DNA of 64,000 bases from a virus: the IMG/VR virus record IMGVR_UViG_3300017917_000321, positions 25,087 to 89,086 of that record; one strand, given 5' to 3'. A program made the position numbers and the translations under genes. This document shows positions 57,440-64,000 of the stretch, in pieces (within the stretch, counting starts at the first letter, position 1; each line of letters begins with the position of its first letter). The notes beneath the pieces were generated by a model. The model saw only the letters and a program-made list of their open reading frames with translations. It made no database searches and was not told where the DNA came from.

Positions 57440-60130
57440 TTATTCTCCAAAGTCAAATAAACTTGAGAAGGTGTTGTGCTGTTTTGTGTCTTCTAAACTA
57501 TAGTTTAGAACACCGATCAAGTTATCTAACTTATTGTCAATAATTGTTTCTTCCATAGCACTGTCATCGAATGGAAGATCTTTAAACCACTCAGGCAATC
57601 TTAGTTCATCAACTGGATAAGCTACCGATGTATAGCCTAACGGATTGTCCTTGAGTTTGCAAACAATAACTTTCATACCATCAACAATCTCCATTGAGTA
57701 TCTGTCACCGTTCATTCTCTTTAAAGAATTCCAGTTGATACTAGCACGGACATGTCCGGGCATGTTTGCTTTGCCCTTCTTCTGCTCTTCTTTTTGATAG
57801 AAGCCAATCTTGTTAGCTCTCTTAGGCGAACCCTTCTCCCAGCCTGGACGCTCTTTGAATTCCTGTCTAAACTGTGTGATACGTTCAATAACTTCTTTTT
57901 CTTCCTTGCCTGTAAGTACCATCAGAAGGACTTCACTCAAAAACTCCTGCATAAACACAGGGGTATCTGAACGACGCAGATCTAAGCCCATAGCTTTTAC
58001 TTTGCCTGGCTTGCCGCCTTCGTCCTTGCGCACACCTTCCTGATCATATACTAGAGCTGCATAGCGTTTCTTTGTAATGTAAAGTCCGCTCTCAGCAACG
58101 ATTTCTCTACCAGCCGCAATAACTTCTGAACGACTCTTAGGACAATGAAATGCTTTGCCCATAAAATCTGGGAACGTTTTATTAGCCTCTTCGCAGACTT
58201 GATCGTAAAGTGTTACGATTGTTTCCTTTGTCCACGGTATACGTCCTGCATCAATATCTTCTTTAAGTGTTGTGTAGGCACTAAAGTACACAGAGTCAGT
58301 ATCACCGTAGATAACTGATTTACCTATGTGATCATACTCACCTGTAATAATCTCGTTTACCTTACCAGCCATGTGCTTGGCAATTTGTCTTCCAGTAAGT
58401 GTGGTAGACTGACCAATGCGCTTGTCAAAGAAACGGCAACCAGGGTTGAGAATAGCACCATACAAACTATTAAGATTAATCTTTTTAACAAGCTGACGTT
58501 TGTCCCAAAAAGCAATTTCTGTATCATTACCGGCCTCCTGAGCCTTTTTCTTCATAGCCTGGAGTTCTTTACGTTCGGCATACCAACGCTTGAGTAGTCC
58601 AGGAATAACACCTTCGTATTCTGTTGTAAATATAGTTCCGTTAGCACTGAGCATCCAAGGCATGTGACTGTCAAAGATTAATTTGAATATTTCAGCACCA
58701 CTGAGCACATCGCTGCGTCCATCTTCCCAATCAACTGTAATAGCAACATCTTTGCGCCGATCCATTACTGCTTCGTATTCTTCAGATCCAAATCTACCTT
58801 CCCATGAACCCGCAAAGCTCATCTTCTTAAGATTAGTATCTTCGTGAACTCGCGCATCGGTGATAGTTGGACGTAACTGTCCTACAATAGTTTCTGGCGC
58901 CATATTCAGCGCACGAATCACGCTAGGATATAGACTGTTTAAGTCCATTGACGCAATCCACTTGTGTAAACCTACTTTAGGATATGCAACATACGCACCT
59001 GCTGCCTGTGTGTTCTCGTCATCCTGTTTAGGGCGATTAGGTACCTGTAGTCCTCTGTTGTGTGCTTCGTTAATAATAGCCTGCTCAGTAACAGCTACAG
59101 CACCCATAGTTGTTTGTAGTAGAACTGTATTAGCATGTGCTAGTTCATTTGATAAGTCAATAAACTTCAGTTTCTTATCTAGTTTGTCTAACAGCGCAAC
59201 GTCCTGTCTGTTGTATTCAATAAACGTTCTAAAGTCATTGTTGTACAACTGATCTAGTGTACCTTCATACACTGTCTTGTTTTCGCCAATTTCCATTTCA
59301 CCAATAGCATCTAATCGATAGCTGTGGCGTTCTTCATATGTATACTTGCGATAAAGTTCAAGACTGTCTAGGTGTACACGACCTACAAAGTCATATGTTT
59401 CAGCAGCCTTGCCATACTTTTCGTATTCACGCTTCTTGGGCAATTGACCCCATAAACAGAATCTACGAGTGTCATCTTTGCTGAGAATACGTGCTACACG
59501 ATTTACAGTATAAGGAACGTCATATCCTTCTGAGTTCCAACCGCTTACAATGTCAGCATCTTCAATTAAGTCAAGAAACGTCTTGAGCATTTCTCGCTCA
59601 CCATTTCCGTCCTTGTCATTTTCAAATAGGATAACATTGTCACCCCATTCACTACACATTTCCTTAGCCTGTTCCATAGTCAGTCCTTTGGGAGGAACTG
59701 CTAGTGTGATCAGTGCATTGAGCCACTGTAAGCATACAGTGATAGCAGTAATGGGCATAAATGGATCTGACGGATCGGCGAACCCTCGCTCAGGATCAAA
59801 GTCCGTCTCAATATCCCAGAATGCAATGTTTAGTTTTGGTGCATCCTGATTGAGATAGTTTTCACTGAGACATTGGAATATAGGATTGATATCGCTTTCG
59901 TACAACTTCTTACTGTTGTTGATAGCTAGTTCTTTGCGGAAGTCTTTTGTATTCTTACAAACAATACGACTTAACTGAGTGCCATAAACACTCTTGTACT
60001 TGCCCTTGGGGTCTTCATAGTAAAAGGTATATTTTACCGGGTGTTCTGTAAAGCGTCTCTTTCCATCTTTACGCTCTACGATTCTGATAATGTCAGAATC
60101 TCTGTCAAAAATTGCATCTACGTAACTCAA
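57440..60130 (-). CDS. Family B DNA polymerase (T4 gp43-like), TTG start
   Basis: Exonuclease DIETD, GWNSEGYD, YNRQD; polymerase DLNSLYPS, KINLNSLYG, YGDTDS, KKRYA. Confidence 0.97.
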   Translation of the reverse strand: MSYVDAIFDRDSDIIRIVERKDGKRRFTEHPVKYTFYYEDPKGKYKSVYGTQLSRIVCKNTKDFRKELAINNSKKLYESDINPIFQCLSENYLNQDAPKLNIAFWDIETDFDPERGFADPSDPFMPITAITVCLQWLNALITLAVPPKGLTMEQAKEMCSEWGDNVILFENDKDGNGEREMLKTFLDLIEDADIVSGWNSEGYDVPYTVNRVARILSKDDTRRFCLWGQLPKKREYEKYGKAAETYDFVGRVHLDSLELYRKYTYEERHSYRLDAIGEMEIGENKTVYEGTLDQLYNNDFRTFIEYNRQDVALLDKLDKKLKFIDLSNELAHANTVLLQTTMGAVAVTEQAIINEAHNRGLQVPNRPKQDDENTQAAGAYVAYPKVGLHKWIASMDLNSLYPSVIRALNMAPETIVGQLRPTITDARVHEDTNLKKMSFAGSWEGRFGSEEYEAVMDRRKDVAITVDWEDGRSDVLSGAEIFKLIFDSHMPWMLSANGTIFTTEYEGVIPGLLKRWYAERKELQAMKKKAQEAGNDTEIAFWDKRQLVKKINLNSLYGAILNPGCRFFDKRIGQSTTLTGRQIAKHMAGKVNEIITGEYDHIGKSVIYGDTDSVYFSAYTTLKEDIDAGRIPWTKETIVTLYDQVCEEANKTFPDFMGKAFHCPKSRSEVIAAGREIVAESGLYITKKRYAALVYDQEGVRKDEGGKPGKVKAMGLDLRRSDTPVFMQEFLSEVLLMVLTGKEEKEVIERITQFRQEFKERPGWEKGSPKRANKIGFYQKEEQKKGKANMPGHVRASINWNSLKRMNGDRYSMEIVDGMKVIVCKLKDNPLGYTSVAYPVDELRLPEWFKDLPFDDSAMEETIIDNKLDNLIGVLNYSLEDTKQHNTFSSLFDFGE

Positions 60131-60224
60131 ATCTGTCTCCCGTTGCTTGTGGCCAACGCTGCCGTGCTACATGCTCGTAAAGTGAGCGACTCTATACTAA
60201 TGCCGCTGTTACACGGCACTAATA
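60131..60224 (-). promoter_or_regulatory. GC-rich structured 5' leader of the DNA polymerase gene
   Basis: Three hairpins plus an alternative 7-8 bp pairing; the last hairpin abuts the GGGAG RBS. Confidence 0.55.
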
Positions 60225-60485
60225 TTACTTATCATAGCCAAGTGTTGAAACTAGTGTTTCTAGATCTTCGAAGCTATCAGCATACTTTTCCCAGTCACGC
60301 TTTTGGGCAATCTTAATTGCCTTGTTAATCAGTGCTGGCTTAACATCTAGTTCTTCTGCTACTGCCTTTACAGTTTCCTTGAGACCTTCTTGTAGGTCTT
60401 CAATCTCCTGAAGCACAGTAATGCCTTCTCTTACTAGACGCTCTAGCTTTGCCTTTTCTTCTGCACCATAGGTACGATCGCTCAT
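60225..60485 (-). CDS. T4 DsbA/GapR-like dsDNA-binding protein
   Basis: KLERLVRE..EIEDLQEGLKETVKAVAEELDVKPALINKAIK. Confidence 0.65.
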   Translation of the reverse strand: MSDRTYGAEEKAKLERLVREGITVLQEIEDLQEGLKETVKAVAEELDVKPALINKAIKIAQKRDWEKYADSFEDLETLVSTLGYDK

Positions 60486-60511
60486 TCGGTTATCCTCCGT
60501 TAATAGTAATA

Positions 60512-60540
60512 ATTATATAGTGATTTTGTTTTTAGAGCAA
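60512..60540 (-). promoter_or_regulatory. Sigma70-like promoter heading the replication operon
   Basis: TTGCTC-17-TATAAT followed by GGAGGA RBS. Confidence 0.6.
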
Positions 60541-60548
60541 GAGATATT

Positions 60549-61160
60549 TTAGAGAGACTTGAGTGTTCTCTCAGCAAATGTCCAGCCAAATATCTCTTTG
60601 GCTTTCCAATCGTTTTGTTTGAAACCTTCAAGATTGGACCATTCACTTTCTTTTGCTATAATGTGTTTACTTATGCTTTCCCAGTCGGTGCTGAGAATTT
60701 TTTCTTGTATAGATTCTTTCATTTCAACTATTTCGTTAAAATGATAACTGTCCCATTCAATATGAACTATTTCCCAAATATTTCCTGTGTCGTCTATATA
60801 GTCGAGAGCAAAATCAAAACCCCATTTCTTTTTTGATTTTAAAAGCATTTGAGCTTTTGGATTTTGAGTTGTGAGATTTGTAATTTCGTTTCTAGCATCA
60901 TCAGCAAAGTCGCAACGATGTAATAGCATACAGTGATCTAAAATAAATTTAGGATGCTGTACGTTCATCCATGTGTCTTGCCAACACAAGTGATACAAAC
61001 ATTCAGTAAGGGGAAAATCCATTGCAGCATATAATTTTTTTTCTGCTGCACATAGTTCAAAACCGTCTTTGTCATACCAACGGAAATCTTCTGCAATTAG
61101 ATTTGCAGTTTTGGTACAGGTTATATCTTTTGTGAATTCGTTAATAACAAGATCAAACAT
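60549..61160 (-). CDS. Hypothetical protein
   Basis: ORF; YDKDGFEL, KWGFDFALD. Confidence 0.7.
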   Translation of the reverse strand: MFDLVINEFTKDITCTKTANLIAEDFRWYDKDGFELCAAEKKLYAAMDFPLTECLYHLCWQDTWMNVQHPKFILDHCMLLHRCDFADDARNEITNLTTQNPKAQMLLKSKKKWGFDFALDYIDDTGNIWEIVHIEWDSYHFNEIVEMKESIQEKILSTDWESISKHIIAKESEWSNLEGFKQNDWKAKEIFGWTFAERTLKSL

Positions 61161-61980
61161 CGTCTTTATTTAACGCTGCCCACAATCTATCTTTAATGGA
61201 TTCGGTAGCATAATCTTTTTTATGCTTTTCCTTGCCCATCTTCATGTCATGCTTCTTGTCTTTGTGCATACCGCCAGCACCACTGGTACGCTTTGCCAGC
61301 ATAGTGCGCCAGTTAGGGTCTCTCTGTTTAGGTGCTTGCACTTTCATTTTATCTGCCTCTTCAATGCCTTCTTTATTAACTCTTAAGGATGGATCTGCCT
61401 TTTTCATTAGTTCTATGAACTCTCTTTTAAGCTCTCTTTCACTAGTAAATCTTTTTTCTAGAGCATACTTAAAAGGTTCTAGTTTTGATTGTAGCTTAGG
61501 ATGTAGTGTGCTTGATGCTGTTGAACTAGTAGTAGTCTTAACAGTTTTTTCTTTGTCTTTGTCTTTACTGGGGTCACCAGTAAAGACTTTTTTAATGCCT
61601 TTTTCTAGAGCACTAGGATCATAATCTCTTACACCCTTTTGTATTTGATCTAACGGGCCTTCGCCTACTAGTCTATCTTTAAACGGATGCTTAGTTCTAC
61701 CTGGTTCTGCTTCTGGTTTTGGCTCATTCCCTCTAACCTTATCAGCAGCCTTTTGTTTACCTTCGTTAATTGTAACACCAGCTAGTTTAGCAAAGTCTGC
61801 TATATTGTCAAGTTCTAATGGTAAAGAACCTTTAGACACAGAAACAGATTCGTTTAAGTAATCTTTGGTTGGAGCAATATCAACAGGACCTCTAGCTGCC
61901 TGCTGCAACTTTTTTAAATCTTCTCTTGGATCACTGGGATCCATTTCAAATAGTTTGCGTTGCAGAGCATGGTAATCCAT
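61153..61980 (-). CDS. Lys/Glu-rich putative head-internal protein
   Basis: Low-complexity charged modules separated by xNE/xGE/xEE/xTE sites. Confidence 0.55.
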   Translation of the reverse strand: MDYHALQRKLFEMDPSDPREDLKKLQQAARGPVDIAPTKDYLNESVSVSKGSLPLELDNIADFAKLAGVTINEGKQKAADKVRGNEPKPEAEPGRTKHPFKDRLVGEGPLDQIQKGVRDYDPSALEKGIKKVFTGDPSKDKDKEKTVKTTTSSTASSTLHPKLQSKLEPFKYALEKRFTSERELKREFIELMKKADPSLRVNKEGIEEADKMKVQAPKQRDPNWRTMLAKRTSGAGGMHKDKKHDMKMGKEKHKKDYATESIKDRLWAALNKDDV

Positions 61981-61982
61981 GA

Positions 61983-62642
61983 TTAGTCCTTCTTAACGTG
62001 TTCTGGCTTGCCCTTGTGCTTGGTTGAAGCATAATCCTTAGCAGACTTTTTGCTCATGCCTTTAGCAGCTTTGGCTACTTCTGGACTAGCAGCAGGTTCG
62101 CCCTTCTTGGCAGCATAAACCATACCCATAAATTTTTGTTGTGCTTTAGACTTGGCTTTTTCTGTTACTTGAGAGTAGAGTCTTGCTTTAAATGGATCTT
62201 CTTTTAAACGACCATCCTTTTTCGCACTCTTTAGCATGTCAATACGATCTTTGTAACCTTTTACACCTGGCTTGATATCCTTAGCAGCTTTCTTTTCGCC
62301 ATCTGTAGGATCTTTAATGTGCTTCATTGTAGTTTTAGATTGATGACTTGCTTCGCCTACTTGAATTTCAAGCTCAGGCCCAGCACCACCACCGTCAGCA
62401 CCAAACTTCATTTCGTAATCCAAGTTGTGATATACTGAACCAATATAGTCTGCGGCTTTAGTAATCTTAGCCTGTACCCAACCTTCTAAGCCTTCTGCTT
62501 CAGATACGTTTTTTAGCATCTCATGTAGCTTAATTGAATACTTGGCAATCTTGTATAGCTCTGCTCGGGCCATCTGTACTTCGTGGTCTCTTTCAGCAGC
62601 GCCAGCTAGATCGGCCAATCCTTCTTTAATTTTATCTGTCAT
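61983..62642 (-). CDS. Putative head-internal protein with C-terminal DUF3008-like module
   Basis: EKAKSKAQQKFMGMV..ASTKHKGKPEHV; GGAG RBS; GATAAATA upstream. Confidence 0.6.
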   Translation of the reverse strand: MTDKIKEGLADLAGAAERDHEVQMARAELYKIAKYSIKLHEMLKNVSEAEGLEGWVQAKITKAADYIGSVYHNLDYEMKFGADGGGAGPELEIQVGEASHQSKTTMKHIKDPTDGEKKAAKDIKPGVKGYKDRIDMLKSAKKDGRLKEDPFKARLYSQVTEKAKSKAQQKFMGMVYAAKKGEPAASPEVAKAAKGMSKKSAKDYASTKHKGKPEHVKKD

Positions 62643-62672
62643 ATTTTTAACTCCAATGCGGCATTGATGCAG

Positions 62673-62679
62673 TATTTAT
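62673..62679 (-). promoter_or_regulatory. ATAAATA late-promoter-like motif
   Basis: gATAAATAct overlapping a stop codon, about 30 nt before ATG 62642. Confidence 0.55.
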
Positions 62680-62843
62680 CGTTTAACTAACTTGCCGCCA
62701 AATAAACTAACACCCTTCATATCTAGAGCATTATCTGAGGGTTTTTGCTTTTTAGGCTTCTTTTTACTGTGTGCAGCAGGCGGATTATTTACTACAGCTA
62801 TACTTCCTGCACTAGTAGTTTCTATTAATTCTCGTAGTCTCAT
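62676..62843 (-). CDS. 55-aa basic protein missed by the ORF track
   Basis: MRLRELIETTSAGSIAVVNNP..KR; ATGA overlap with the upstream stop. Confidence 0.75.
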   Translation of the reverse strand: MRLRELIETTSAGSIAVVNNPPAAHSKKKPKKQKPSDNALDMKGVSLFGGKLVKR

Positions 62844-63817
62844 TTGCTGCGCCCTGATTTCATATTAGCACACCAGTGAGCCATACGAGCTTTCTCACCA
62901 GAACTATTCTTTGCTACACTGCGTAGTTTTGTAACACTCTGCTTACAGTTAACACCTGAGCGTTTAGCTAGACCCTTGCGTCCAGGCTTCTTGCCATCAG
63001 CAAAGTTTTCGTCAAAGTTTCCACTCATAGAAGATTGTTTAATACCAACATCTCTAGCAAAGCGATCTATAACCATTGCAATTTGAAAGTCTAGCAGTGT
63101 TAGACCTTTAACGTCACTAGTACTGGTCTTTACAGTTACTTCTGCAACGTCTTGTGTTACTTCGCAGAAATGATCCATCTTTTCACTGAGTCGATTAATA
63201 ATTTTAACAAACGCAACAGCAGCTCTGTGATCATCTGCTACATATTTTGCCTGTAGCGTTCTATGATCGAGCATTTCCCAATCTGGCAAATATTTGCTTT
63301 TTAGGTTGTCTAGTGAATCATTGCTTGGTTTAAATTCTTCAACATCGTCGGATCTGAATTCACCTTCTTTAACAGATTCTACGTTATAAGTAGGATCTAC
63401 CTTCTGTCGAGGCATCTTTTTAGGTTGTTTAGGATCAACTGGATCAATGTCTGTAGTTGTAAGACCTAATTTTAATAAGTCTTTAATAAATTGGTGCTCA
63501 ATGTCTTCAGCACCAAATGATATAATGGCACTAGGTGGCCCTTTGCCAAACTCACTTTTATCTACATTTTTTAGATTAGCAATATGTTTCCCTAACTTGT
63601 ACCAATCGTATACATCACTGACATCAACTCTTACAGTACCCTTAGGCATAGTAGGTTTGGTTTCAGGACCTCTAGGTTTTTCGTTAGGATGCTGATCTTC
63701 GTTTTTCTTGCGGCCAGCGCAGTGAGCCTTTTGACTGAAACCTTTTGGATTAGAACAGTTTATAGAGCGTTTGTATTTGTTGCTCCATTTTTCAGGAAGT
63801 AAATCTTTTGATCTCAT
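62840..63817 (-). CDS. Modular putative head protein containing a degenerate pterin-4a-carbinolamine dehydratase (PCD/DCoH) domain
   Basis: LPDWEML..AVAFV..SEKMDH..STSDVKGLTLLDF flanked by basic Cys-containing modules. Confidence 0.6.
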   Translation of the reverse strand: MRSKDLLPEKWSNKYKRSINCSNPKGFSQKAHCAGRKKNEDQHPNEKPRGPETKPTMPKGTVRVDVSDVYDWYKLGKHIANLKNVDKSEFGKGPPSAIISFGAEDIEHQFIKDLLKLGLTTTDIDPVDPKQPKKMPRQKVDPTYNVESVKEGEFRSDDVEEFKPSNDSLDNLKSKYLPDWEMLDHRTLQAKYVADDHRAAVAFVKIINRLSEKMDHFCEVTQDVAEVTVKTSTSDVKGLTLLDFQIAMVIDRFARDVGIKQSSMSGNFDENFADGKKPGRKGLAKRSGVNCKQSVTKLRSVAKNSSGEKARMAHWCANMKSGRSK

Positions 63818-64000
63818 TTCTTACCTCCTTCTACAGGCTTTTCACCTGTTAGATAAGGAAGGCTGAACCAAAGTTGAAACCATTCTTTAGTTCCAGGTTG
63901 TATATTGTTTTCTCTCTGTAGTCTGCCCTTTTCGGAACCAGTTACAGAAATGTTACTACCCTTGTATTCGTGTAGTCTTGCCGCATGTCCTAGACCTGCA
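63814..64000 (-). CDS. C-terminal part of a hypothetical protein (5' end outside the window)
   Basis: ..SNISVTGSEKGRLQRENNIQPGTKEWFQLWFSLPYLTGEKP..stop at 63814. Confidence 0.75.
   Translation of the reverse strand, partial: AGLGHAARLHEYKGSNISVTGSEKGRLQRENNIQPGTKEWFQLWFSLPYLTGEKPVEGGKK

Noticed and set aside
57440-60130. Intein or intron in the DNA polymerase
   Set aside because: Continuous 896-aa frame with normally spaced motifs; no splice-junction or homing-endonuclease signatures
1-64000. Stop-codon reassignment, tRNA genes, transposases
   Set aside because: Standard code gives dense, full-length, coupled ORFs; intergenic gaps are short and show no cloverleaf; no transposase or integrase motifs seen

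Overview
This window is part of a large, AT-rich, T4-like dsDNA phage genome. It carries a family B DNA polymerase, a gp45/PCNA-like clamp, a T4 RNase H-like nuclease, a DsbA-like protein, an Mtd_N-type fibre protein and recurrent TAAATA late-promoter-like motifs. No tRNA, rRNA, CRISPR array or transposase was seen. There are three zones. (1) 1-36,960 is a ~37 kb tailoring-enzyme island, mostly on the + strand with two inverted cassettes. It holds 9 radical SAM enzymes, 6 genes (7 domains) of AspH-like 2OG-Fe(II) oxygenases, 4-5 glycosyltransferase-like proteins, 3 SGNH proteins, 2 PP-loop ATPases, a flavin halogenase, a stripped adenylation enzyme, a GNAT, a kinase, a phosphatase, a degenerate sulfotransferase and a UDP-glucose dehydrogenase, and it sits next to a fibre gene with 11 G-[ND]-x-[TS] repeats. 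(2) 38,300-60,500 on the - strand holds early/replication genes with an embedded 7-deazaguanine pathway: FolE, QueE, an LxxxHRHxF T-fold protein and a Zn-less TGT/DpdA-like transglycosylase. These are linked to a GT-B resembling queuosine mannosyltransferase (GTDC1/QTMAN) and to three nucleotide-sugar genes placed between polymerase and clamp, which makes a candidate glycosylated-deazaguanine DNA hypermodification system. (3) 60,500-64,000 holds Lys/Glu-rich, probably head-internal proteins. All functional calls come from motif recognition by eye; no searches were run.
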